NCBI RefSeq assembly: GCF_002105155.1
Contig: NW_019028979.1
Coordinates: 682,001-746,000, forward strand
Reading direction: 5' to 3'
DNA: 64,000 nt
Source: Lobosporangium transversale
Taxonomy: Eukaryota
Below are positions 17,589 through 28,906 of the stretch, piece after piece (the first letter of the stretch is position 1; each line of letters starts with the position of its first letter). The notes below the pieces were generated by a model. That model was given only the letters and a program-made list of their open reading frames with translations, did no database searches and was not told where the DNA came from. The translations under genes and the position numbers were made by a program.

Positions 17589-19740
17589 ATGTCCACCTCA
17601 CATCTCCTCCACCGTGGTCGCAGCGTTTTCTCGAAACTAAACCAAAAATATCGACTCCCGGCTTCTGCTGCTCTTACAACTGCCACTGCCTCTTCCTCCA
17701 TTTGCACCTTCTCCTCTGTACCTTGCTCACACTCTGATGATGCCCTCGGTAAGACTCAATCTGACAGTCATTCCTCTGTCCGTCAACAAGCCTCGCAAGA
17801 CCCTCAGGATCAACTCAAGGCCCGTCGCCTCTTCGATCTTGCTCAGCAACTTCTTTTCGGCCGTCATGGTCAGATCAAAGACGAAGTCGCAGCGGCTGAA
17901 TACTATCGTCTCGCTGCACAAATGGGTCATCTAGAAGCCCAGGGCGTTCTAGCCTTTTGTTATGAATTCGGTCTAGGTGTCCAAGCTGATTATGTGGAAG
18001 CAGAGCGCCTCTACATCTTGGCAGCTGAAAAAGGAAATGGCCTCTCACTCTCCCGTTTGGCCTTTTTGCGTAAATACGGTCGTCCTTCCGTTAAGATTGA
18101 TCGCATCGAATCAGAATACTGGCAACAAAAGATCAATCAGCAAGGCCCATCTGCACTCGCTTGGCTCATGGAGGCCGCAGCCGTCGACAATCATGATTGC
18201 TGTCAGTTCGCCCTCGGAGTCTGCTATCACGACGGTGTTGGTGTGGAAAAGAACGCTAACGAGGCATTTCTCTGGTATAAAAAGTCGGCGGAGCAGGGCA
18301 ATGCTCGTGGTCAGGGTATTCTTGGCTATTGCTATGGTGAGGGTTTCGGTGTAGAACGAGATCGTCGTAAAGCCATGTATTGGTATCGCATCGCAGCAGA
18401 GCAGGGCGAGTCTGTAGCACTTTACAACATTGGATACTGCTATGAGGATGGCTTGGGCGTGGATCGCGACCCTTACGAGGCAGTTAAATGGTACCGTCTT
18501 TCAGCTGAACTTGGCAATGCGTTTGCTCAAAATTCACTTGGATACTGTTATGAAGATGGTGTTGGGATTGAGCAAAATCTTGAGTTGGCTGCCATGTGGT
18601 ATACGAAATCAGCAGAGCAGGGATATCCTTGGGCAGAGTGTAATCTTGGATACTGCAACCAGAATGGTATCGGAGTTCCCAAGGATGATGCCAAGGGAGC
18701 GTACTGGTATCGCAAGGCAGCCTTGCAAGGGCATGCTCGAGCTCAACACAATCTCGGTTTTTGTTATCAGAATGGAATCGGAGTACCCAAGGATCCTGTA
18801 GAGGCTGTCAAGTGGTACATGAAGTCGGCAGAGCATGGCAACATCTTCGCGTTCCATTCGCTCGGATATTGCTATCAAAATGGCATTGGAGTTCAACAAA
18901 ACTTAGACGAGGCCGTGTACTGGTACTATCTTTCTGCTGAAGAAAATCATGCACCGGCCCAACTTTCACTTGGATATTGTTTTCGTAACGGTGTCGGTGT
19001 CCCCAAGGAGCCCAAGGAGGCAGTCAAGTGGTTCTATCGCTCTGCCATCCAAGGAAATGCCCTCGCTCAGAACTCACTCGGATTTTGTTATGAGGAAGGT
19101 CTTGGTGTGGAAAAGGACCGTAAGAAAGCAGTATTTTGGTATGAAAAATCGGCGGCCCAAAACAACCCTTGGGCTCAATGCAATCTTGGATTTTGTTATG
19201 CGAATGAAATTGGTGTGGCTCAGGATTATGAAATGGCTGTCAAATACTATTCCCTCGCTGCAGCTCAGAATCATGCTCGTGCTCAGGATAAGCTTGGTGT
19301 ATGCTTACAACTTGGACAGGGCATTGCTCAAGATGTAAAACTTGCTGTCCGTTATTTCAGGTTGGCTGCTGAACAAGGTCATCTTGCAGGCCAGTACCAC
19401 CTCGCTAATGCATTGGTAATATTCAAAACTCCCTTCTCTTTCTTTTTCTTTTCCTCTCAGTTGCTGTGTTGGTTGACACTGGCAATGTACCTGATCAATT
19501 CAAAGCTAATCCTGATATCTTTTTTTGATTTTTTATATGTGATAGGAAAAGGGTTTGGGCTGTGAAGTTAATCTTGAAGAGGCCTCCATTTGGTTTGAAC
19601 GCGCAGCGGCAAACGGATGCAGAACCTCGCATGAAAGACTTCAGCGTCTTCTCGCACGTTCGTGCCTTGAGAACGGATTAGGTATCACGGAGAGCGGCCT
19701 CTTCCTTGGTGCTGTTGGTCATTGCGCTCCCGCAGCATAA
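17589..19740 (+). CDS. Sel1-like repeat protein (about 15 repeats)
   Basis: Tandem ~36-aa repeats AQxxLGxCYxxGxGVxxDxxxAxxWYxxSAxQG. ATG 17589, intron 19416-19545, stop 19738-19740. Confidence 0.92.
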
Positions 19741-20246
19741 TCTAATTGGGATTGAGACAGCAACAACATTTAAACACAACTCCTATTCTACCTCTCTTTC
19801 CTGTTTCTAATTTGATCTTTTTCGTTCTTTCCATTGCATGCTTATTTTCTTTTACGTTATTTTTTTACTATCCATCGTTTCCCAATATTCATGCTGCATC
19901 ATACCACTTATAGACTTATGCTCCATGCTTTTTCATTATTTACTTGTTGAAATAGAAAATATGTAATAAAACCTTTGACCAATATCAACGCTCTTCATCT
20001 TTTTTCAACCCAGAAAGCCGGGGGAGATTATCCGAAGGAAATAATAATGATTGATAAATATTCTGTTTTTTCTTCTTTTTCTTATTTCTCCTCTCCACAA
20101 CTGTATCATACTCATCATCCATCGCTCAAGGTTACATTTTCAAGGACGAAAAGCTCTCTATAAAATAGCAACAATATCAGGCAATATTGATAAAGAAAGA
20201 AAATAGATAAGGATTTCAAAGTCGAAGCGGATAAAAGAAAAAAAAA

Positions 20247-21050
20247 ATGCCAACGGCCAAAGTCGTTCTTGAGAATGTGTTTGGCATGCTTGGGATTATA
20301 TTCTGGAGTTTCCAGTTGCTCCCCCAAGTCATTGACAATTATAAGGCAAAGACGACTGAGGGACTATCTGCAAGCATGTTCTTGTTCTGGACATTGGCGT
20401 CCTTAGGATTTGGATCATACAGCATCATCGAAGACTTGTCTATCCCTATTATTGTCCAGCCACATGTCTTTGGTTTCTTTTCGACTACTTGCTTCCTGCA
20501 ATGCATCTATTATAATCAAAAGAAGCGATGGTCACTGCTAAAAACATTAGTAATCAGTTTTCTGCTGGCCGTGGGGTTTGCAGGGATAGAAGCTGCAGCT
20601 TTCTTTGGCACACGTGTAAGTTGATCACTTTATTTATTTATTTATTTTTTGCTTAGATGGCAATGAAGATGAGCATGATGTATTTTCAAATGTTGTCGTT
20701 CTCCCACTCACATTCACACACATTCTTTTAATAACACAACAAAGGCTGGCTTGGTTCATGATGTCAAAGGGACATTGGATGCTGCGGGCATCTTGCCAGT
20801 TGTCTTATTAGGCGTTGGATTTATTCCACAATACATCGATATTCTGCGCCTTCGATCCGTCGTTAGTGTCAGCATGGTCTTTATCGGTGCTGATGCTTCT
20901 GGCTCAGTGTTTTCGTTAATTAGTCTAGCCCTTCGAGACACATTTGATCTATTGGCTGCTCTCAACTACGTGATCGTTTTTGTTTGTGACATGGTTATTG
21001 TTGCCTTCTACCTTTACTTTAACAAGTACAAACCATCACCGGATATTTGA
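20247..21050 (+). CDS. PQ-loop repeat membrane protein
   Basis: WSFQLLPQVIDNYKAKTTEGLS and second loop GFIPQYIDI; several hydrophobic helices; intron 20616-20744. Confidence 0.9.
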
Positions 21051-21227
21051 GCATGCAGCATGTTATACCAAAGTTTAAGCCATAGAAGTAACCATTAAAT
21101 AATTTATGCATTGTTATTTCTTTTACACGGGTATATGTTCTCTGTCTATTGCTTGGTTTGTGAGGAGTACAACTATGGGGATGAACCTGATAATGGGCCT
21201 GAGAAAAAGGACAGGAAAGATAGCGCC

Positions 21228-21273
<46 letters not shown>

Positions 21274-23178
21274 AAAGGAAAGACAATTAAAATCAGCGAG
21301 AGACATTTTTTCAATACAAGATCACACCATCAGTACATTACCTCCGCAAAAGTAGCTACAAATCCTGGCTCATGATCACTTTCCGATTCCCCGATATCCG
21401 AAAGCGACTCGGCTGGGTCTCTAAATTCATTCCGGTTTCGCTGGTCATCATCGTCACGCTCGCTTCCTGATCCTAATAGATCCATATCCACGTCCGTATA
21501 AAGTGATCTTTTGCCTATGCCTCTCGATTTCTTGGCGCTTGTTCCGTCATGGGCCCGTTGCTTTGTCTCTGCTGAGGTTTGTGTAGATGAATTGGTTCCA
21601 GAGGGTATTAAAGCACGCCTTGCTTCCGATGTCGATGTTGATGTAGATACCGTTGTGGTCCGCACATCAGTAGGGTTGGCATGTTGATTAGAATGACTAT
21701 GACGATGATGAGAATGACTCCTAGGATGCGCGGACTTTGAGTGTAATGCTCCATTATGATGATCTCGACTAGAGCGCCGACCGCCACTCTCCCTTTTGGA
21801 CGAGTGGCGATCCCGGCGCTTGGATGAAGAGAGCGGCTGTTGGTCCTGATGATAACGGCGCTCCAGCTCGCCAAAGATATTACCTCGTACTCCTGGTAGG
21901 TGGAAATGATGGTGTAAATGTTGTTCCGTTGGATGTGTGGTCACATAAGGAGGAGGAGACCCTGAATGTGCCTCTGCGTGCTCTTTTACATGTTGAGGGT
22001 TTGCATCATTAGTTGTTTTTGCAGTCAAAACTGTTTCTGCAGGATCTTCAAAGTAACCGCAATTACAGCACTCATATGCATGCCCATGTTCATAATCTTC
22101 CACTTGTGAACGTAAGGTGATGACTTCGTTTCTGGCATCCTGTAGAAGATCTCGGTATTCAGCAAGCTCATTCCTGAGAGTCGAGTTGGTAGTGGCAAGT
22201 TCCTTGATCAAAGAAACAAGTTGATTCTGTGCAATGAGCGGGGGTTCAGAAATTGCAGTAGGATAAGGTGGCGATGATGAAGGTGATGTCTGATATATGT
22301 TGATTGGGGCAACTGATCCTGCTGATCCTTGAAGACTCTTTTCTTGTTGGATAGCTTGACCCAGACTCCCTTGTGGCGGTGAGCACAAGCGCTCTGTTGT
22401 CTCTTTGAGCCATGCAAGAGCCTCTCGGCTCTCCCGAACAAGATCCAACTCCTGTGTCTGTCGCCGTAAAAGGTCATACCGCTTTCCGAGAGCCTCATAT
22501 TTGGTCTGCATGATGAGGAGCTTTTGTTGTGCTGTTCGCTCGGAGCGTTGAACTTCATGGAGTTCATCCTGCAACCCCTCAATCTTGAGTCGACTAGCAT
22601 CTTCTCGTTCCTGAAGTGCTTCTCGCTTGATCCTCTCAATCCGAAGCAATTCAGAGTCCTTCTGACCATCGCCAATCTCTTGTGTAAGATTAAATAACGC
22701 CTGCTCAGTGTGCTCCAGCTGGCTAGTCATCAATAGCAATCGTTTCGCTGTCCTTGCCTGGTCACTCACTGCCACAAAGCGTGCTTCTTCCAACTCATGA
22801 TTTATTTTAGCAAGGTCTCGACTTGTCTTATTGACTTTTTCAATCTCTAGCATGGCAATGCGTAACTATAATCTCGCAAAAACAAAAAACAAAAAAGTTA
22901 ATATTAGAAAAAACAAAATCAAATGTTTTTCTGGTAATAGGAAAACTTTCTGTTACCTCGCGCTGCAACTCGATGATCAACGAGCGATGGTCTTGAGTTG
23001 AGCCCTCGGACTCTATACATAATGGGTTCAACCGAACAGTTTGCTTCATTAGTTCGGATATTGATGACTGATGAACAACCCAATGGCTGTCACTATAGAC
23101 AACCTCGGGTACAGCATAGTGGCTATGAAGGTGAGTATTAGATATCGATGACGACGGCTGTGTATTTCCTACCATCAT
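21019..23178 (-). CDS. Hypothetical coiled-coil protein with His/Ser-rich disordered region
   Basis: Exon 1 from ATG 23178 to ~22956, exon 2 ~22847-21342 (heptad-rich, QNQLVSLIKELATTNSTLRNEL). Donor GAG|GTAATG at 21341 and in-frame acceptor at 21199 lead to a stop at 21019; the last exon is uncertain (unspliced stop is 21330). Confidence 0.65.
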
Positions 23179-24044
23179 GTCGGCTTTGGTCTGAATACTG
23201 TGGAGTGAGTTCTAGGTGAGCCTGCCGGTTGGATACAATCCAGTGTGGACATTTTTGACCTTGTAGGCAATAGCAGCCTTCGGTATATGTTAGCTCGGAG
23301 GTCATAAACTTTTAAAAGTGACTTTTGTTAGAGATCAGATGCGTAAGATCTATGAATGTGAATGAGAAAGGAAAGACAAAAAAAAAAAGATGGGGGAGGA
23401 TCAGATGAAAGGAAGAAATAGATTCTTTTTCTTTTTTTATTTTTTTGTTGTTTTTGCTTTTGCTCTTCTTGGCAATCTGCGAGCATCGGAACTAGAGTGG
23501 GGTTTTTGAGACTGTGTATCACTTCTCTCAATCCTATGTCATGGTATGGCATGACCTCGATGACTACGAGACCACGCGACCCTATTACGACCCACTGCGA
23601 CCAATTTCTTACCCCTTGGCTCCATGTGTAATGAGGGCGATGGATGACATCGCTTGCTCAGGAGGTAAAACGAATAGATTCTTGATGAACTCTTAATTAG
23701 CAGGGGCTTCTGGGCAGAGCTCTTGACACCATCTTAATTGATGGAATGATGGAGCGTTAAATTAGTTCTATGAGTACGTAGCGAGAGGATCCCTGAGTGG
23801 ATGTTTTTTGGATCCAAGCAATATCGATAAGAATCTCACGCCACGCTAAAAAGGTCGAAACAAGGAGAAACGCAACGAGGCCTTCAAAACTGTTGGATTC
23901 GTCTTGACTAATTTTCATAGTTATCAGCAATTGGAGGATCGAGGAAGAAGATCTCATGACTTTAATTGACAATGATACGGGTATAAATGTACATGTTTAT
24001 ACAAAATATACTTGGTCTACTACACGCAGACCGACTTCTTTTTG

Positions 24045-24087
<43 letters not shown>

Positions 24088-24895
24088 ACGTGGAATGATT
24101 CTATCATATCCTGGACACCGTGCGCTTTTTTGTTCCTGCATTTCTTTTATTTTTATTGGAAGGAAAGGGTAGATGGACGTGAATAGCATTCTGTGTAGAC
24201 ATGTGTTGACTGGAGAAAATGGGTCACACGTTGCTGCTCCTTTGCTGATGTACATGTTACTTGAGCCAACTTTTCTTATTTGTATTTTACACTCCATGAG
24301 GATTAAAGGGTAAATTTGCTGGTTCCACTCATGCATAAAAAGCTACATTCTCAAATTCGTACTTGTGTAAAAATACACAGAGAAAGAGTAAGGAGTAGTT
24401 TGGAGAAAGCAAGAGGAGACGCTTAGCTGGGGTCGATGAGAAGATGAGCGATGAATGAATGCTGATCTGCTCCGAGTAACGGAAGAAGGTATACCATTGG
24501 ACTACAATGATATCCTATGAGGTTATACAAGTGTAAAGAACAAGAAGGAGAAAAAGTTGGGACGAAGCTTTGGTGTGTTCAGGTCAAGACGAAAACACTT
24601 TTTTCAAAAAAAAGACTAGCGGATGCAACAAATCCATGCTTATCTGTGTAACGATGTGCTAGGGCCAAGCACAATGACAACCATGAAGGATAGTAAGATT
24701 ATGCATGTAGTTCACATGAAGAATAAATACATGCCAGACACTGTTGGATCTTGCTCTTTTGCTTTTGCTGGCAAACAAGAAAGAGTATGGACGCCGAAAG
24801 ATGATCCAAACAGTTTAGATGTTCTATAAAAAAATGTAAGCAAAAAATTCTTTTTCTTTTCTTCTTTCAGTTCCAATACTTTTCAACAGCCCCGC

Positions 24896-24940
24896 TTTCA
24901 TACATTCAACTACATTCAACTACATTCAACTACATTCAAC
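24896..24940. repeat. 10-bp tandem repeat (TACATTCAAC)x~4 upstream of the C2-domain gene
   Basis: Read directly: tacattcaac tacattcaac tacattcaac tacattcaac. Confidence 0.9.
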
Positions 24941-25108
24941 CCATTCTTTCTCTTCCTGCTTCTGATTCCTTCTTCTCCTCCATTAACACCCCATTGACAC
25001 ATCCCATTCATCTCATTACACATTCCTTTGAATCGTTCACTTCTCTCTCTTTTTCTCTTTCTTTCTTTCTCAGTTTTGCACATAAAGCATATACACATAA
25101 TCACACAC

Positions 25109-26705
25109 ATGGCATCCCTACGAAAATTGGGTGTGCTTGTTGCCATTCCGATTAAAGGCAGGAGGCTACTTAACCGCTCTGGTGGCAAACAGTCACCTTA
25201 TGTCCAACTAAAACTCGGTGCAAATGAAAAGAAACGCACCAAGGCATCACTCATTGCCTCGGTGGAACCAGAATGGGACCAAGAGGCATGTTTGTCTTTT
25301 TTTTTTTTTTTTTTTTTTTTCAGCTTTCTGTTGTCACACACGGCTTCCCAACTTCTCCTAGACCGTTAAACCTTTAAATGCCATCCTTCATGCGTTTATT
25401 GTACACCTTTGCATTCATGTGCATACTCTAGATTCGGTTAGATGTCTTTCAAGGTGTCCTTGACATACATGTCTCGGTCTTTGATGAAGGCAAGAAGCAC
25501 GAACTCATCGGCGAGGGCACTTTGTTACTCCACGAGGTTATCGATAAAGGAGAGCTTGATGGTAAGGTTTTCTATTCTTCCCCTTCGTTTCAATGCATGC
25601 AAGTAGTCATATGGCCGGTTGACAGCCATATTATTTGTCCTATTCATTTATTATTCGACCATGCCAAGGCCTGTTTGAGGATGAACCAACATTATTGTTT
25701 TCAACAACGCCCCTTTTATTGCAGCCTTGATTGAAGTTTTCACCTCCGACATGCGCAATTTCCATCACATCGAACATTATTTTTTAATTTGTCTCTGGAA
25801 TGCATCTGGGATGACACACATTCCTATCTTTGTCGCACGTTGTCTAAGGGCTTTTGTATCCCATCTATTCAAAGATAAAAATTCGTCCTGACGTCGTTGT
25901 TGCGCTACCATGTTGAATGTTTGTCTGTGCTGCTTAAATAGTGTGGTTTCCGATCAAATACAAAAATGCACCTGCGGGTGAAATCTATTTCGAGTTGACC
26001 TTCTACGCGTTAGCGCCTCCACCAAATGTTGGACCAGGCAGATCACCTGCACCTCAAATGCATTTACAGCATCCGCCTCTGCGGTATGCACAACCAGGGT
26101 ATATGCCTGCCGGTCGTCCGTTGCCGCATACCACTATGGTTGGTCATCCGGTTGGTCCACCCGCTCCATTCCCTGGTAATACCTATCAGCACCCTACGGG
26201 ATACCCAAATTCTAACATTCCTAGTCAACCTCGGCCACAGCCTCCACAGCCTCAGCCTCAGCCTCAGCCTCAGCCTCGACCCTACCCAATACCACAGCAA
26301 CATCCTTTTATTCCAACCCATTCACCCGCCACGCCCCCAACCCAGCTTGGCATGAATTCTACCTTTCGACCCAAAACCCAGTACAATTCTAGGCCACAGC
26401 AAGCGCCTGTGCCTGCTCAAATTCGTCCTTTTCCTAACATCCCCAATGGAAATGGACCTTACAACAACATGCCACCAGCTCAGTATCCGATATCGCCTCT
26501 TTCACCGCAGCATCCACCTGGAGGAGTGCATATGCCTCTTCCACGCCCCACAGGCCCTACTACACCCGTAAATAATAACCATGGGCGCAGCGCCGGACCA
26601 AACCCAGCATATGGGCGGAGACCTCCGCCTATGACTCAAGTCAGTAGTGGCTCTCCAGTCACGCCACTTGTACAATACAATTACACCCTGGGTAGCTTTC
26701 CTTGA
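25109..26705 (+). CDS. C2-domain protein with Pro-rich tail (Fic1/Inn1-like ingression protein candidate)
   Basis: C2 segment GKQSPYVQLKLG..KRTK..EPEWDQE|IRLDV..VSVFDE..ELIGEG..WFPIKYKNAPAGEIYFELTFY, followed by ~230 aa rich in PxxP and (QP)n. Introns 25286-25431 (GC-AG) and 25562-25941. Confidence 0.8.
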
Positions 26706-26957
26706 AGAGCTCCAAGTGAAGCTAACCCCTGCAATAACACTCTCTCTTGTATAATAAACAATATAGCTACGATCTTAAAAATCGATTATTGGATATTCAA
26801 TTATTCAATTATTTAATTGATGCAACCATCAGTCGCGTTAAAAAAAATTTATGTAACATATTGACTAGAGTGATCTCCTGTATGAATGTGTGTGTGCATG
26901 TGGATAATGATTTACAAGGTTTAGATCTGCTCTCTTCTTGAGAATGAGAACATATCT

Positions 26958-28421
26958 TTAGAACGAAAACGGCTTGCTCATCAAGAATGCCTCATCACCA
27001 TAGCACCCAAGATCAAAGTCATGGTCCGGCACAACCCGGAATCCGCCAGTGTGCTCCCAGAAGGGCTTTGAGCCACACACGCTCACTAGAGCAATCTCTT
27101 TAAGGTTAGGAGCACCCTTGCGATGGGATCGCCCGCGACGTCCTTTATGACGGTGATGGCGGCGTGAATGAGGATCTGTCTGTTCATTATGTCCCTGTTC
27201 CCTACTCCGGTGATGGGGCTGCTGTTGCTCCTCGGTCTCCATGAAGTCCTGTCTTTGATTTTGCTTTTCGTCCACAGTATCGAGATCTTTATCGTCCTGA
27301 TCCTGGTCTTGATCACGACTAGGGGTCAAGGATTCTTCAAGAGCCTTCCACAACCTACGTGCCAAACCATGGCCTCGCCAATCTGGATGGATGGCGCAGT
27401 CGTGGATATAATACTTTTCCATCCATGGATCATGTTCGAAAGACTCCTCATCACTATCTGTATCGGTGATCTCCTGGATGTTATCTGTATCGTGATCTTC
27501 ATCTAATCGAATCTTTTTGGGTCTGGATAACATTTCCTCCTCAGAAGCAGGAGCAGCACTCTTCGAGGTTGTTGTTTCTGCCTGATTAGGTTTATCAGTC
27601 CAGCCACCGACACGGTGTAGTGTAACAGACTCACGGCTGAAGGGGTGTGAAAGTAAATAGCCAACAGGTTGTTCCCATTGAAACAGGACTGTCGTCATAT
27701 TGAGGTCATCATCGTCATGGGTATGGGCATGGGCATGACCATGGGCTTCCAAATTGTTGCTGCCTTTTGAGGTCTTGGTATTACCATCCTCGCTGCCTTT
27801 GCGGTTTGCATCAGCAGTAGTTGTAGCAGCTCGTGGATGGAGAAGGCCAGATGAGGAAGAGAACAAGGAGCTGTCCCTCATTTCCTCATCCTCATTATCT
27901 TCCTTTTCCACGATATCAGGGGTGCGGGCTCGAATAATACGCATTCCTTCCTCTAAAGTTGTGTCAGAATCAGTCGTAGTCGAAGTCGTTGTAGTTGTGA
28001 TATTTGATCCATCGGGTGCTGTCTCCGTAATTTCTACCACCGTAATACCATGGATCTCTTCATCTTCCTGTTGTGCCCCTTCATCCAGGCCCTCTTGAGC
28101 CCCTTGAGCATCACCTTTCGCTGCTTCCTGTCCTTGCTCTTGTTCGTCCACCTCCTTCTCGACCTGATGACTGTCCCATGTGGAAGTATCGTCGTTTGTG
28201 ACAACAGACGAAGTCACCATTGCAACAAAGTTACCTGCCGGATAGATATTGAGTTTAGACCGAAAGACCTCAGGGCTTTCATGAAACTTAGTCATACCCG
28301 GATAGGCACGTATTTGGATGTCATAGAGAGCATCCAGATGCTCTGGTCGAGCACGGACAATGGAAAAGGTGTTGATGGTCCTTGTATTGACATCCAAAGG
28401 AGGAGACCACGCACGAGACAT
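26958..28421 (-). CDS. GNAT-family N-acetyltransferase with large low-complexity insertions, intronless
   Basis: Core segments HLDALYDIQIRAYP..ESPEVFRSKLNIYP, VGYLLSHP, YIHDCAIHPDWRGHGLARRL (acetyl-CoA motif A), IALVSVCGSKPFWEHTGGF. Confidence 0.8.
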   Translation of the reverse strand: MSRAWSPPLDVNTRTINTFSIVRARPEHLDALYDIQIRAYPGMTKFHESPEVFRSKLNIYPAGNFVAMVTSSVVTNDDTSTWDSHQVEKEVDEQEQGQEAAKGDAQGAQEGLDEGAQQEDEEIHGITVVEITETAPDGSNITTTTTSTTTDSDTTLEEGMRIIRARTPDIVEKEDNEDEEMRDSSLFSSSSGLLHPRAATTTADANRKGSEDGNTKTSKGSNNLEAHGHAHAHTHDDDDLNMTTVLFQWEQPVGYLLSHPFSRESVTLHRVGGWTDKPNQAETTTSKSAAPASEEEMLSRPKKIRLDEDHDTDNIQEITDTDSDEESFEHDPWMEKYYIHDCAIHPDWRGHGLARRLWKALEESLTPSRDQDQDQDDKDLDTVDEKQNQRQDFMETEEQQQPHHRSREQGHNEQTDPHSRRHHRHKGRRGRSHRKGAPNLKEIALVSVCGSKPFWEHTGGFRVVPDHDFDLGCYGDEAFLMSKPFSF

Positions 28422-28906
28422 TATCAATGAAGATGAAAGTGGAAAAAAGTGAGGGATTTGCTATATTTGTTCTTGATATTTGATAAATGGTTATGCCGAA
28501 ATGTCGGGTGTGGTTCGACTAAAAGAACGCAAAGCAAAGATGTGTGTGTGAGAAAAAAAAAAAAAAAAAAAAAAAAAGAGGCCAAGACAGATGTGAAACA
28601 AAAGATCCTAATCACGTGGTATAGTGCTAATACATTCCCAAAGTACACCTTTTTTTGAAAAAAAAAAAAAAAAAAAAAAAAATCGATTTTATTGATATTA
28701 TTCGTAACATTAATGATAAAAAAAGTGGTGAAGTGAAAATAGCAATGAAAAATGAGATCATTAGCATAGAATCAGCATCGATTAACGTTACTGAAAGACA
28801 CGCTGTGGTTGTAATTGTCATCATGATCGACATGTTAACGTATCAAACGTTGTACGAAAGGCACTTTGAAAAAATTAGTTTAGTATGGGATGACGATAAA
28901 GATGCA

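Noticed and set aside
19723..19740. C-terminal CAPAA of the Sel1 protein as a CaaX prenylation motif
   Set aside because: Cys is fifth from the end, not fourth.
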